A DNA stretch of 64,000 bases from an uncultured Spirochaetota bacterium (GCA_963820525.1 CAWGAA010000001.1:2656001-2720000), one strand, 5' to 3'; counted from the stretch's first letter, positions 31,481 to 42,475 are shown. Numbers and translations are program-made. Notes: generated by a model not told the origin, from the sequence alone.

Positions 31481-32080
31481 ATGACACCAGACCGTAAAGA
31501 GAAAATCCTGCTTGCAGCAAAAACATGCTTTTCAAAATATGGCTTTGACAAAACCACTCTCGATGACATCGGCGAAATGGTTGGGATGAATAAAGTTTCT
31601 CTCTATTACTATTTCAAAAACAAGGAAACCATTTTTACCGAAGTGGCAATCCGGGAAGCAGATGAGAATAGCGCAATTCTGATAGACAGGGTCCAAGCCA
31701 TTCAGGGCTGCAAGGCAAAACTCATGACCTGGATCGAAGAGGGTTTCAAGTTCAACCACGCCAACAGCCTCATCCATCAGCTCACTCTGGACACTTTGAA
31801 GAAGCTGACACCCCAACTGGAAGAGCTCAAGGCCTCTGCTTTTAAAAAGGGAGTAGTATATCTTACAGCGATTCTAAAATCAGGACAGGAGAATAACGAA
31901 CTTATCGACTGCGATATCCAGAAAGTTGCCCAGACAATCCAGACCGTCATCTATGCCATCAAAGAATCCACCTATATGCGGGCCAAAGCGGTGATCAACG
32001 GAACCATCAATCTGGCGACAATGACGAAGGAGATCCAATTCACCGTTGCGCTAATAATTGATGGGATTACGAAAAGATAA
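31481..32080 (+). CDS. TetR/AcrR-family transcriptional regulator (AT-rich)
   Basis: KEKILLAAKTCFSKYGFDKTTLDDIGEMVGMNKVSLYYYFKNKE. Confidence 0.93.
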   Translation: MTPDRKEKILLAAKTCFSKYGFDKTTLDDIGEMVGMNKVSLYYYFKNKETIFTEVAIREADENSAILIDRVQAIQGCKAKLMTWIEEGFKFNHANSLIHQLTLDTLKKLTPQLEELKASAFKKGVVYLTAILKSGQENNELIDCDIQKVAQTIQTVIYAIKESTYMRAKAVINGTINLATMTKEIQFTVALIIDGITKR

Positions 32081-32096
32081 TTGCTGAGGAGGTTTT

Positions 32097-32354
32097 ATGA
32101 CAACTTTGAACGGATTGAAATCTCTGGATGACAGCCGGATTCAAACCTGGCTGCGGAAAATCGGTACCGGCGGGGTCGGAATTCTTGAAAAGGCATTACT
32201 GCGTGCCGACAGCGAGGTCAAGGGCTGCATAGTGAGGAATATGCCGCCCTATGCTGGGAAAAAGCTTCAGGAGGATTTGAAAGCCCTCGCAAACCAAAAC
32301 GTGAGCAAGCGGGAAATCCAGGAAAGCGCTGAGCAGCTGGAAAAGCTGCTTTAA
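32097..32354 (+). CDS. Stand-alone FliG C-terminal-domain-like protein (85 aa)
   Basis: LDDSRIQTWLRKI...ALLRADSEVKGCIVRNM...GKKLQEDL...EIQES parallels FliG_C; SD GAGGAGG. Confidence 0.7.
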   Translation: MTTLNGLKSLDDSRIQTWLRKIGTGGVGILEKALLRADSEVKGCIVRNMPPYAGKKLQEDLKALANQNVSKREIQESAEQLEKLL

Positions 32355-32756
32355 AGCATCCCGCGTGCGTCGATATTCGCCTGGACCCTTTCAATGGGCG
32401 AATCGTCTCGGGCAGGGCTCTATCGTGGAGGCCGACATTATTCTCAACAACCAGATCGCGCGCTTCACGACGATATCGACCAATCTGCCCGATTCTTATT
32501 ATCTCGAGGGCGTGCTGAGTCACGAGGGCATATGATCGGATTGGATCATATCGACTCCCCAACCTCGATCATGAAGGAGGATTCGCCGATGGAGGAGTCC
32601 TGGCTCAAGGGTTCGATAGACGATGAGACCCTGGCAGCGATCGACCGACTCTACTCAAATAAGCCAACCAAAGTGCCGCCCCGCTTCGAGTACGGTATGT
32701 GATGCGCTTGACAGAGCCCCCTCGCAGATCTACACATAGCTCCTCGGGATAGAGAG

Positions 32757-34097
32757 GTGGGAATTGGAGCCCTTTTTCTGTTGTTCGGAATTTCTCTCGT
32801 AGGTTCGAGCCTGAACGAAACCTCGCTTTCGATCCCCTCACGCTTGACCGGAGGTCCCGCTCCAATGACAGGCCTGGCGTTGTGGAGCGACAACCCCCGC
32901 ATTGCCCGATACTCCAAGGCGATTGCCCTGGAGTTCAAGAGCTTTCGCTACGACGAGATCGCTTCAGGCTCCCCCGATTCAGGGTTTCGCTACGATTGGA
33001 CAAAGGTCCGCAGGTTCTTGAATGAGGCATCAAAGCGCGGGCACCACGGAATCGTGCGCTTCCGGGACACGGATCCCGAGTTCTCGGACCCGAGAGTCTA
33101 CCCCGAGCCCTTCTTCAATCAGCCCGGCGTTCCGGCCAGCGTTCGCGGCTCCGTTCGAACTGCCCTGTACAAAGAGGGGATTCCCGGCACCGCTCCCGCG
33201 ACCGTGTGCTTTCCCGACTGGTCCAACCGGAAGCTGGTCGATTTCATCATCGTTTTTTATGATCATCTTGCTTCGGAGTTCGACGGGAAGGGCTCGCCTC
33301 TGGCGTGCGTCCAGGCAGGCTTTGGGTTGTGGGGAGAGTATCACCTCGATTTCGATAAACTGAGCGGATTCTCTGATACAGCTATCACTTCTATTGAAAC
33401 TGCTCTGGGCACGATCTTTCCCTCCAAGGCCGATCAGCTTCGGATCCTGACGGTCATAGATACGGTTTTACGTGAAACTCCCTGGGAACTTTCCATCGGC
33501 GCGGCCGACGGGGAGTATTCGCCGTTGGCGAGCCTCTCCGTCGACAGGAAGCTCTCCTTCGGCCTCTTTGACGATTCATTTTTGAGCGCCGACGCCGACG
33601 GCTACAATGCCAGAAATTGGTCCTTATTCGCGACGTATCCGAAGACCTTCAACGGAGGCGAGATCAGCTATTACGAGGTCAGGGATCAGAAAGAGGCGCT
33701 TTCTCCTGACGGGCCTCATGGAGTTTCACTCGCGAAGGCTGCGCGCTCGCGGTGTTTGAGCTACCTTGTGGCAAATGATCAGCCTCTCTATCGAAGCCCT
33801 GGCGAGCTTGCGCAGGCGGGGAAAGCGATGGGATATCACTTCATCGTTCGTGACGCGTATTCCAGAGGGAATGAGACCGTCGTTACCATAGAAAATGTCG
33901 GGAGCGCCGCGGCTTTTTTCGATATCTACCCCGCCATGGGCCCGGTTCGAGCGGCAGCATCTTTGCGAGGCGTGCTGCCCGGCGCCGCTAATGCCTGCAC
34001 CGTCACGATCCCCGCGACAGGACCGGGCAGCGACTTCTCCCTCCAATCCGACCGGCTGCTGCCTGGTCAGACGATCCCGTTTGACGGCAATGATTGA
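32757..34097 (+). CDS. Exported DUF4832-containing, glycoside-hydrolase-like protein
   Basis: PMTGLALW, YDWT, GHHGIVRF, FPDWS, GFGLWGEYH, FGLFDDSF, GGEISYY, NDQP, MGYHF; TTGACA-N17-TACACA upstream. Confidence 0.72.
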   Translation: MGIGALFLLFGISLVGSSLNETSLSIPSRLTGGPAPMTGLALWSDNPRIARYSKAIALEFKSFRYDEIASGSPDSGFRYDWTKVRRFLNEASKRGHHGIVRFRDTDPEFSDPRVYPEPFFNQPGVPASVRGSVRTALYKEGIPGTAPATVCFPDWSNRKLVDFIIVFYDHLASEFDGKGSPLACVQAGFGLWGEYHLDFDKLSGFSDTAITSIETALGTIFPSKADQLRILTVIDTVLRETPWELSIGAADGEYSPLASLSVDRKLSFGLFDDSFLSADADGYNARNWSLFATYPKTFNGGEISYYEVRDQKEALSPDGPHGVSLAKAARSRCLSYLVANDQPLYRSPGELAQAGKAMGYHFIVRDAYSRGNETVVTIENVGSAAAFFDIYPAMGPVRAAASLRGVLPGAANACTVTIPATGPGSDFSLQSDRLLPGQTIPFDGND

Positions 34098-34129
34098 CAT
34101 GGCAGAAGCCTGCTCGCTTCCTGCGGTCA

Positions 34130-34759
34130 TCACAGAGAATGACAGAAAGCGACCATCTCCTTGACAGCCTGCTCGAGGTTTTCCTCGTAGGTCCTACCAG
34201 AGCTTTTACGGGGCTTGAAAGAGTGATCTCCATCCTCGAGGTACACAATGCGTATGGCGGGAGAGAGGCGGTAGCCGGCGATCTCTGTCCGGCTGCCCAG
34301 GCTGTCGCGGGTGCCTTGAAGGATGAGCGTGGGAGTTTGGAGCTTCTCCAGATGCGCGACCCGAAGAGCGGAAGAGTTACCGGGCGGATGGAACGGGTAC
34401 CCCAAACAGACCAGCCCCTTCACTCCCAATCGATCCGCCACCATGCTCGCTATTCGCCCGCCCATTGATTTTCCGCCGATTACGAGCTTCGCGGGTGAGC
34501 CAAGCTGCCCGACAACCGAAGCCCATGTATCCATCAATACGTTGGGAGGATCGGGCCGAGTTCTCCTCCCCGTTCTCCTGAACTCCTGCATGTACGGAAA
34601 CTCGAAGCGGATCACGCGATAAGACTCCGCGGCAAGCGCGTGCGCCACGTGCTCCATGAATGCGGAATCCATTGCGGAGCCGGCACCATGAGCGAGCACG
34701 ATGCTGAGCGGTGCATGACGACCCTCGGGTTCGTCGATTTCAAGCGGTGTTTCGGACAT
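34130..34759 (-). CDS. Alpha/beta hydrolase (KANL3/Tex30-like)
   Basis: LAHGAG, RFEFPY, GGKSMGGR, LGYPFHPPG, QGTRD, GDHSF. Confidence 0.9.
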   Translation of the reverse strand: MSETPLEIDEPEGRHAPLSIVLAHGAGSAMDSAFMEHVAHALAAESYRVIRFEFPYMQEFRRTGRRTRPDPPNVLMDTWASVVGQLGSPAKLVIGGKSMGGRIASMVADRLGVKGLVCLGYPFHPPGNSSALRVAHLEKLQTPTLILQGTRDSLGSRTEIAGYRLSPAIRIVYLEDGDHSFKPRKSSGRTYEENLEQAVKEMVAFCHSL

Positions 34760-34927
34760 TGTCCTTCCCTCATCAATATACACGCGACAGATTCATCAGG
34801 GACAAACGCCGCTTCAGATTTTATTCCCGCGTATAGACGACTCATGCCTTCCTGATAGATCTTTGTTCTTGAGCCTGACGGCTGAGGTTGGCCTTTGCCG
34901 AGGCATCGCCCCAGGCGGAGGAAATGT

Positions 34928-35983
34928 ATGAGCGATGAAAATGTCGTCATGCAGGCCGCGGTCCTGCACGCTCCGCGGGATCTGCGCTACCAGCAGGTGC
35001 CGGTTCCCACCCCGGGCCCGGACGAAGTCCTGGTTCAGGTCACCACGAACGGCCTCTGCGGCTCGGACATCCACTTTTACAGGGAAGGAAGGCTTGGCCC
35101 GTTCATCGTGAGCCGGCCGTATATTCCCGGGCACGAGGCATGCGGGATCGTAATTAAAGAGTCTTCGAGGCCGGGCGGCCCCCGGAAGGGAACGCGCGTG
35201 GCCATTGAACCGGGCATTCCCTGCCGCCGCTGCGCGCTGTGCAAGTCAGGTAGGTACAACCTCTGCCGCGATGTCATTTTCATGTCGGCCCCGCCCATCA
35301 ATGGAACGTTCGCCGAGTTCGCCGCGGTGGCCGCGGACTTCGCCCATCCGCTGCCAGATACGGTGGACGATGAGTCCGGCGCCTTCGTCGAGCCCCTGAG
35401 CGTGGGGGTGCAGGCATGCACGAGGGCCGGCTTGAAGGCGGCGGCAAGCGTCGCAGTAATAGGGGCGGGCCCCATCGGCCTCGTCACAATGCTCGTGGCA
35501 CGCGCATTCGGGGCGGCTTCTGTTTTTCTGGTGGATCGCCTGGCGGGCAGGCTCGCCTTGGGCGCCACACTCGGAGCAGAGGCCGCAATCGACGCGAGCG
35601 CAATGGATCCCGCCGCGCGCATTGCCGAGCTGACGGACGGGCGGGGAGTGGATTTCGTCTTCGATGCAAGCGGATCGTCCGCCGCATGCGCATCCGCCCC
35701 TGAGCTTGCAGCGCGCGGCGGATCTGTCACCATCATCGGCTGGCCGGAAAAAAGCACGTTCCCGTATCCGGTCGAGAGCATCATCGAGAAGGAGCTCGAT
35801 GTGCATGGCACGAACCGCTATTGCAATGCCTTCCCTCGGGCCATTGCTCTTCTGGCGAGCGGAAGGCTGGACGTGCATCCCCTCGTCTCTCACCGGTTCG
35901 AGCTCGAAAAGGTGACGGAAGCTTTTGCGTTTGCCGCGGATCACCCCGCGGAAACGATCAAGGTGATGGTGCGCACGCGATGA
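34928..35983 (+). CDS. Zn-dependent polyol (sorbitol/xylitol-type) dehydrogenase
   Basis: GLCGSDIH, GHE, EPGIPCRRCALCKSGRYNLC, EPLSVG, GAGPIG, NRYCN. Confidence 0.92.
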   Translation: MSDENVVMQAAVLHAPRDLRYQQVPVPTPGPDEVLVQVTTNGLCGSDIHFYREGRLGPFIVSRPYIPGHEACGIVIKESSRPGGPRKGTRVAIEPGIPCRRCALCKSGRYNLCRDVIFMSAPPINGTFAEFAAVAADFAHPLPDTVDDESGAFVEPLSVGVQACTRAGLKAAASVAVIGAGPIGLVTMLVARAFGAASVFLVDRLAGRLALGATLGAEAAIDASAMDPAARIAELTDGRGVDFVFDASGSSAACASAPELAARGGSVTIIGWPEKSTFPYPVESIIEKELDVHGTNRYCNAFPRAIALLASGRLDVHPLVSHRFELEKVTEAFAFAADHPAETIKVMVRTR

Positions 35984-36715
35984 ACAGCGAGCAGCCTCTG
36001 GCGGGAAGGGTCATCATTATCACGGGGGCGAAGCTCGGGGATCGGAGCGGCCGCGGCCAGGGAGCTTGCCAAGCGGGGCTGTAAGGTAGCTCTCGCGGCT
36101 CGTTCCCGGGAAAAGCTCGGCTCGCTGGAAAAAGAGCTTGCTCCGGCCGCCATTGCTTTGCCTACGGACGTCACATCGGGCCCGGAAGTCTCTCGCATGG
36201 TAGCAGGCGCGTGGGAGCGCTTCGGCCGCATCGACGCGCTTCTCGCGAATGCCGGCGTCTATATTCCCGGCAAATTTACCGAAGGAGACCAGGATGCATT
36301 CGCGCGTATGGTGGATGTGAACGTCAACGGCGTTCTTCGCTGCGTGCACGCCGTGCTTCCGCACATGATTGCCCAAGGCTTCGGCGATATCATCGTCACG
36401 AGCTCGATCTCCGGCCACATCGACATTCCCTGGGAGCCCGTATACAGCGCGTCAAAGCATGCCGTGCAAAGCCTGGTGAACACGCTGCGCCGCCAGGTCG
36501 CGCCGTACGGAATTCGCGTCGGGGCCATCGCGCCGGGGATGGTGGCAAACGAGCTTTGGGGAATTGCCCAGCCTGAAGAAGTCGACAGGCTTGTTGCGGA
36601 GCGCACGGCGCTTCGATGCGAAGACGTCGTAGAGGCGGTCGTGTTCATGCTGACGCGGCCGCCCCACGTGACGATTCGCGATCTCGTTATAATCCCGCAG
36701 AAACAGGATCTCTGA
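35980..36715 (+). pseudogene. SDR oxidoreductase (ribitol-dehydrogenase-like), +1 frameshift in the Rossmann motif
   Basis: Removing one A at 36031-36032 restores ITGASSGIG and joins the frame with NAG, SSISG, YSASK; ATGA-coupled to the upstream dehydrogenase. Confidence 0.85.
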
Positions 36716-36761
36716 TCCGGCAGCTCTCTCGCTGCCGATCATTGGCCCACCCCGAGAGGAA

Positions 36762-37352
36762 TTACTTTGCCGGCGCTGGCGGTGCCCGCATTACGGGCGG
36801 CAGCCATTTGCCGAAAGCGGCCATATGGTCCCAGTAGGCCGCGTAGCCCACGATGGCCCAAACGACCGCCGCGCCCAAGAGCAGAAGCGCCGCGAGGATC
36901 CGCACCACCGGTGATTTCCGGAGCAGGTACACGGGAAGGGAGAGCACACCCGCAAGGCCGCTCAGAACGAACCCGAGCATCGCGACAAGCGGCTCATTTG
37001 TCAGCTTCAGGGAGAAGATCCGCACTCCGAGGAGGATCGACGACGCGCCGGCGAAAACCGCGTACACCGCCAGGGTGAGGAGATCCCAATCCCGCAGAAC
37101 GGCGATGCCGGCGACGAAGAAGAGGATCCCATAGAACAGCGACATTTCCCCGAAGGGGATGTTGTAGCTGCCGGGGAGCGGCCAGGTGAAGATAAGGTGG
37201 AGTCCGGTGACCGTGGAGATGAAACCGGTCACGAGAAACCCCGGCGCGACCTTTTTGCGGTCCTTTTCCAGGTACAAGAGAACGAAGATTCCCGTGATGA
37301 TGAGCCCAGCGACGATGTTGATGATCATGATCGTCAAATAATCGACGAACAT
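36762..37352 (-). CDS. DUF981-family membrane protein
   Basis: MFVDYLT, GLHLIFTWPLPGSYNIPFGE; about six TM helices; GGAGG SD. Confidence 0.82.
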   Translation of the reverse strand: MFVDYLTIMIINIVAGLIITGIFVLLYLEKDRKKVAPGFLVTGFISTVTGLHLIFTWPLPGSYNIPFGEMSLFYGILFFVAGIAVLRDWDLLTLAVYAVFAGASSILLGVRIFSLKLTNEPLVAMLGFVLSGLAGVLSLPVYLLRKSPVVRILAALLLLGAAVVWAIVGYAAYWDHMAAFGKWLPPVMRAPPAPAK

Positions 37353-37515
37353 CCAACACCTCCTATTCTGTAGGCGGCGAACGCGGCGCCCGGCTACGTA
37401 TTGATACTAGGTGTAAAGGTACTGATTCGCTCGTCCCATCGGCAACGAGGCGTGCGGCGAACGAGCGAGGACGGCAATTCGCGCGGAGATTGCCCGTGCG
37501 GCGTCCGCCGCCGGG

Positions 37516-38151
37516 TCAATCCGTCTGGTAGCGCTGGAGGAAGAGCTTGGCCGCCTTTCGCGTCTTTGGGCTCCCGCAGTCCAGCTGGTCTTTCACGAAG
37601 GCGATTACGGGCTCTTTTTCATCGGACTCGTCCAGGTACTGGTCGAAGGCCTCGATGATATAGGATTGGATAAGCTCTCCGTTCTTCCGCTCTCCGCTTT
37701 TCTTGCCAGCGTCCAGGAGGAGCTTCGTGACGGTTGGACGCAGCTCGGGCTTTGCTCGCGCGATCTTGCCGGCGTTGAGGGCGAGATGGGAGGCGATCAT
37801 CGTGCTTCCGTCCGCGATGAGCCCGAAGTATTTGTCCGAGATGTGCCTGAAGCGATTTTCGGTGTCCGCCGAGAGGAGATTGGCGATCAGGTAGATGGCC
37901 TGAAACTTGAAATAGTTGTTCTTGCTGTCCAGCATATCCACCAGTGAATCCCATTGGGGATACAGGGCTTTCGGCGCCGTCGAGCTCACCTGGAGGAGGA
38001 TCTGGTAGCAGTTGTATCTCAAGGTGTCGTTTTTCGAGCGTGTGTTCTGCACCACGAGGGACAAGAGCCCCCCCTCCGCCATGGCGCGCGAGGCGATCTC
38101 CTTCACGCCCAGTCCCTTCTTCCTGGCCAGCTTGGCAATCACGTCACTCAT
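37516..38151 (-). CDS. Hypothetical helical (HEAT-repeat-like) protein
   Basis: LYPQWDSLVDMLDSKN..., amphipathic helix pattern, good codon bias. Confidence 0.72.
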   Translation of the reverse strand: MSDVIAKLARKKGLGVKEIASRAMAEGGLLSLVVQNTRSKNDTLRYNCYQILLQVSSTAPKALYPQWDSLVDMLDSKNNYFKFQAIYLIANLLSADTENRFRHISDKYFGLIADGSTMIASHLALNAGKIARAKPELRPTVTKLLLDAGKKSGERKNGELIQSYIIEAFDQYLDESDEKEPVIAFVKDQLDCGSPKTRKAAKLFLQRYQTD

Positions 38152-38342
38152 CTCGGTTCCCTTTCACTCCCGGCGATCCATCGCGGTATGTTACCTCAAG
38201 TATATCTCAGAGCCTTCGCGGACTCCACGTGAGGCCAATCGCCGTCCCGGGCAGCAGGGTTGGCGGACGCTCCTTGTCCTTGACTTTTTCAGGTGCCGGA
38301 ATTATAGGTGAATCGAGCAGGAATAAGAGAAAGGGGTCACGC

Positions 38343-39455
38343 ATGTCGGTCTCCGTCGAGCCGGTCGCATCGAAGAAACACCTCAAGGAGTTCGTGAAGC
38401 TGCCCTACGCGCTGTACAGGAAGGATCCCAACTGGGTCCCCCAGCTGCTCATGGACGACTACAAGAAGCTCGACCGCGAGAAGCATCCCTTCTTCAAGCA
38501 TGCCACGGCCGAGTACTTCCTGGCCCGATCCGAAGGCAGGCCGGCGGGCAGGATCGGAGTCATCCAGGACGCGCTCTGGAAGGAGCGCCATGGGGAGAAC
38601 GCGGCTTACTGGGGCTGGTTCGAATCCGTGAACGACCCCGCCGTTGCCAAAGCGCTTTTCGACGCCGCCCACTCCTGGGCCAAGGAACGCGGATGCACGC
38701 GCATCTTCGGCCCCATGACCCCCAATGCGAACGACTACGTGGGGCTTCTTATCGAGGGCTTCGATGAGCCGCCCTGCATCATGATGACGTACAATCCTTC
38801 CTACTATGCCAAGCTGGTGGAAGGGGCAGGATACTGCAAGTGGAAGGATCTCTTCGCCTGGCTTCTTGACGACCCCAATATCCCCGAGCGCCTCAAGGAG
38901 GTCATCCCCGTCGTGGAGAAACGGGGCAAGTTCACGCTGCGCACGGTGAACATGAAGGACTTCGCCGGGGAATTGAAGAAGGCCCGCTCCATCTACAACG
39001 AGTTCGAACAGGTGAACTCGATCTACACACCTTTCACCGAAGAGGAGTTCGAGTACGTGGGAAAAGACTTGAAGATGGCCATCGACCCGGACATCGTCCT
39101 ATTCGCCGAGGTGGATGGAAAGCCGGCGGGCCTGTCACTGGCCATACCCGATATGAACGTGGCGCTGAAGCCGGCGCGGGGGCGGCTCTTCCCCCTGGGG
39201 ATCTTCAAGATCCTGCTGGCCTCCCGAAAGATCAAGCGCATCCGCGTGCTCAGCATGGGCGTTCTGAAGGAGTACAGGCATCGCGGCATCGACCTTTCTT
39301 TCTACTACCACACGTACGTGACCGGCCTCCGGAAAGGCATTACCAGCGCCGAGATGTCGTGGGTGGAGGAGGACAATGTGCCGATGAACAACGTGGCCCG
39401 GCGGATGAACGCCAAGAAATACAAGACCTACAGGGTCTACGAGCACACCCTCTGA
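38343..39455 (+). CDS. Double-GNAT-fold protein (YghO-like)
   Basis: LYRKDPNWVP, AGRIG, WGWFE, YNPSYY, MGVLKEYRHRGID, EMSWVEEDN, KTYRVYE; TTGACT-N17-TATAGG upstream. Confidence 0.85.
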   Translation: MSVSVEPVASKKHLKEFVKLPYALYRKDPNWVPQLLMDDYKKLDREKHPFFKHATAEYFLARSEGRPAGRIGVIQDALWKERHGENAAYWGWFESVNDPAVAKALFDAAHSWAKERGCTRIFGPMTPNANDYVGLLIEGFDEPPCIMMTYNPSYYAKLVEGAGYCKWKDLFAWLLDDPNIPERLKEVIPVVEKRGKFTLRTVNMKDFAGELKKARSIYNEFEQVNSIYTPFTEEEFEYVGKDLKMAIDPDIVLFAEVDGKPAGLSLAIPDMNVALKPARGRLFPLGIFKILLASRKIKRIRVLSMGVLKEYRHRGIDLSFYYHTYVTGLRKGITSAEMSWVEEDNVPMNNVARRMNAKKYKTYRVYEHTL

Positions 39456-39475
39456 GGAAGGGCCGCCGCCGCGCG

Positions 39476-42475
39476 TCAACTGCGATCCAGGATTTCCCGA
39501 ACCTTTTCCAGGAGCTTTCGCGAGCTGAAGGGCTTCTGGATGAAGTCGATCCCCTCATCCAGAATTCCATGGTGCACGATGGCGTTTTCTGCGTACCCTG
39601 ATATATAGAGGACCTTGAGCTGCCGGCAGAGCTCCTGCACCTTGCGCACGAGCTCCCTGCCGCTCATGCGGGGCATCACGACGTCCGTGATGAGCAGGCT
39701 CACCCCGCAGGCGCGGTCTGAGATTTCAGCAAGGGCTTCCGGTCCGCTCGCCGCTTCAACCACGGTATAGCCGTTTTTTCGGAGGACTGTCGTCGTAAAG
39801 CCGAGCACGGCGTCCTCGTCCTCCACCAGGAGGATCGTCTCGTTCCCCGCCACCTCGGAGTTTGCGTGCTCGGAAGCGAGCTCGGAGCCCGGCTCCACCG
39901 AGGTGCGGGGAAAATACAGGACGAAGATCGTGCCCTTGCCCGGCTCGCTGTAGCAGGATATATAGCCCTCGCTCTGCTTGATGATCCCGTATGCCATGGG
40001 CAGGCCGAGCCCGGTGCCCTTCCCCTTTTCCTTGGTGGTGAAAAACGGCTCGAAGATGCGCGACATCGTGTCGGCGTCCATTCCATGGCCGGTGTCGCTT
40101 ACCGTAAGCCGGACGTATTCCCCCGGCTTCACCTCGGGATGCTCCCGGGTGTAGGACTGGTCAAGGAGCCGGTTGGAGGTCTCGATGGTCAGCTTTCCGC
40201 CCCTGGGCATTGCGTCCCGCGAGTTGACGGCGAGATTCATGATCACCTGCTCGATCTGGCCGGGATCCGCCCGGAAGTTTCCCGCCTCGGGATCGAGGAA
40301 CGTGGCCAGCTCAATGTCTTCTCCGATGACGCGGCGCAGCATGTTGCCCATGTTGCTCACCATCTCGTTGACGCTGATGACGCGAGGCTGGAGCACCTGC
40401 TTGCGGCTGAAGGCGAGGAGCTGGGAGGTGAGGGAAGACGCCCGGGCCGAGGCCTTGATGATCTCCCGCATGTCCTCCCGCAGCGGGCTGTCCTCCGGTA
40501 GCCTGTCGAATACCAGGTCGCAGTAGCCGCTGATCACCGTGAGGATGTTGTTGAAATCGTGGGCGATGCCCCCGGCGAGACGTCCCACGGCCTCCATCTT
40601 CTGTGCCTGCTGGAGCTGCTCACGGCTCCTGGCGAGCGCTTCTTCCGCCTTTTTCGCCTCCGTGATGTCCCGCGAGACGCTGCCGATGCGCCAACCCGAG
40701 AGCGTGCGGATGGGGAAGAGGTACTGTTGGATATGCTTGATGGTGCCGTTGGGCATTTGGAGGACGGCCTCGAGCGTCTGGTTGAGGAAATCGGCCTTCC
40801 CCGCCTGGAGGGCGGATTGGTACCTCTCTTTCAAGGCTTGGATGTGGCTCTCCGTCCGCTTTTCTCCCGACAGATAGAGGCCCATAAGGTCCCAGATCCG
40901 CATCCCCAGGGCCTTGTCCCGCTCAAGGGCGGCCAGCCTCTCGGCGGCCGGGTTGAACTCGATGATTCCGCCCTCCTCGTCGATGAGAATGATCGCTTCG
41001 GCCGTCTGTTCGACGAAGCTCCTGAACTTCTCCTCGCTGTCGCGGAGCCTGTCTTCCATGATTCTGCGCCCGGTGATGTCGACGTGAGTGCCGACGATGC
41101 GCTCAGCCGCCCCGGCGGCGGTTCTCTTCACCACCTTTCCCCTGCTCAAGACCCACCGCCATCCCCCGTCGCGCGAGCGCATGCGAAACTCGAGCGAGTT
41201 GGCATCTTCGCGCCCTGAAAGGAGGCTCTCGATTCCCGCCAGAGTGCGCTCCAGATCTTCGGGATGGACCAGGCTCTTCCACGATTGGAAGCTCGACTCG
41301 ATCTCTCCGGGCTTGTAGCCCAGCATCGTGTAATACCGGGTGCTCCAGTACGTCCTGCCCGTTGATACCTCCCAGTCCCACAGGCCGTCGCTTGCGCTGT
41401 CGAATGCAAGCTGGAGCCTTTCACGGCTCAGCGCGACCTCGTCCTCGGCAAGCCGTCTTTCGGTGACATCGTGGAGAAGAAACAGGCTGCCCTGGGACCT
41501 GCCCAGATAATCCCTGATGGGGGAGACGGCCAGGTCATAGGTGCGCTCGCCGCCTGGGCCCGGCACATCGAGCCGGTCTCTGGCCGAAGAGGAGGCGATG
41601 AAGCGCGAAAGGGCGGACGCCCATGGGGCGGGGAGCCTGTCGACGCTCTGTCCGACAGTGGTCCTCGGGTCGAAACCGATCGCCTTCTGGGCCCGTGCAT
41701 TGAAGTCGATGAGCCTTCCTTTGCCATCGAGGACGAGCATGAGGTCTTCCAACGTCTGCATGACGTTGATTGCCGCAATGGGGATGACGTCATGGAGCCG
41801 GTATCGAAAGAGGGCAAACGCGGCGAGTATTCCGCTGGCCGTGAGAACCATCGGCGTGGGATTCACGGACCGCCACGAGATGATTCCGAGCTGGAAGAGG
41901 ACGTCCGATATCACCGGCAGGGCGATTGCGGCGATCGCCGCCGCAACCTGCCTCTTGAAGAGGGGCTGCCTGCCCCGCGCTGAGCCCGCGATCAGGAAGA
42001 TCGCGGCCACCGACAGCCCATAGAGGTAGAGCAGGTGGATGGGGTACAAGACGCCGTTGGAGTACAGGAGCGCCGGAGTTGCGTGCAGCAAATCGACGTG
42101 ATAGTTGTACCGGAACAGGGCGCCGGAGTTTGCAAAGGCGAGAACCACGGCCAGGAAGGGCTCGATCAGGAAAAGCGAGATCCGCTCCGGTTTGAGCCAG
42201 TCCGCTCGGCCCGAGTACTGAAAACCGAATACCAGCATCCCCACGGGGAGCAGGGCGTTGCAGAGCAGGCGGAGCTTCATCGACAGGATCTTGGTGGGGA
42301 GATCGATGCTCCCCAGCTCCAGAGCGTAGAAAAGCGCCCACAAGGAGCACAGGATCATCACGAAGCTGAAGGGGACCGACGCGGGAGTGCGCCGCAATAT
42401 GAGCTCGTGAATGGCCAGCGCAAGCAGGATTGCAGAGGAAAAGAACAAAGGCAACAGAAATAAACTATATTGCAT
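39476..42475 (-). CDS. Hybrid histidine kinase: HisKA_7TM-like sensor, 3 PAS, HisKA, HATPase, REC
   Basis: About seven TM N-terminus, PAS motifs (DGLWDW, VHPED, DITGRR), [27 protein letters not shown]. Confidence 0.93.
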   Translation of the reverse strand: MQYSLFLLPLFFSSAILLALAIHELILRRTPASVPFSFVMILCSLWALFYALELGSIDLPTKILSMKLRLLCNALLPVGMLVFGFQYSGRADWLKPERISLFLIEPFLAVVLAFANSGALFRYNYHVDLLHATPALLYSNGVLYPIHLLYLYGLSVAAIFLIAGSARGRQPLFKRQVAAAIAAIALPVISDVLFQLGIISWRSVNPTPMVLTASGILAAFALFRYRLHDVIPIAAINVMQTLEDLMLVLDGKGRLIDFNARAQKAIGFDPRTTVGQSVDRLPAPWASALSRFIASSSARDRLDVPGPGGERTYDLAVSPIRDYLGRSQGSLFLLHDVTERRLAEDEVALSRERLQLAFDSASDGLWDWEVSTGRTYWSTRYYTMLGYKPGEIESSFQSWKSLVHPEDLERTLAGIESLLSGREDANSLEFRMRSRDGGWRWVLSRGKVVKRTAAGAAERIVGTHVDITGRRIMEDRLRDSEEKFRSFVEQTAEAIILIDEEGGIIEFNPAAERLAALERDKALGMRIWDLMGLYLSGEKRTESHIQALKERYQSALQAGKADFLNQTLEAVLQMPNGTIKHIQQYLFPIRTLSGWRIGSVSRDITEAKKAEEALARSREQLQQAQKMEAVGRLAGGIAHDFNNILTVISGYCDLVFDRLPEDSPLREDMREIIKASARASSLTSQLLAFSRKQVLQPRVISVNEMVSNMGNMLRRVIGEDIELATFLDPEAGNFRADPGQIEQVIMNLAVNSRDAMPRGGKLTIETSNRLLDQSYTREHPEVKPGEYVRLTVSDTGHGMDADTMSRIFEPFFTTKEKGKGTGLGLPMAYGIIKQSEGYISCYSEPGKGTIFVLYFPRTSVEPGSELASEHANSEVAGNETILLVEDEDAVLGFTTTVLRKNGYTVVEAASGPEALAEISDRACGVSLLITDVVMPRMSGRELVRKVQELCRQLKVLYISGYAENAIVHHGILDEGIDFIQKPFSSRKLLEKVREILDRS

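Noticed and set aside
32394..32702. 102-aa ORF, faintly like an aldo/keto reductase C-terminus
   Set aside because: No convincing start or motif; probably a remnant, too weak to call
16676..37400. Prophage, ICE or integron cassette array
   Set aside because: No integrase, phage or conjugation genes; no attC-like sites or tRNA 3' repeat found by eye; genes on both strands
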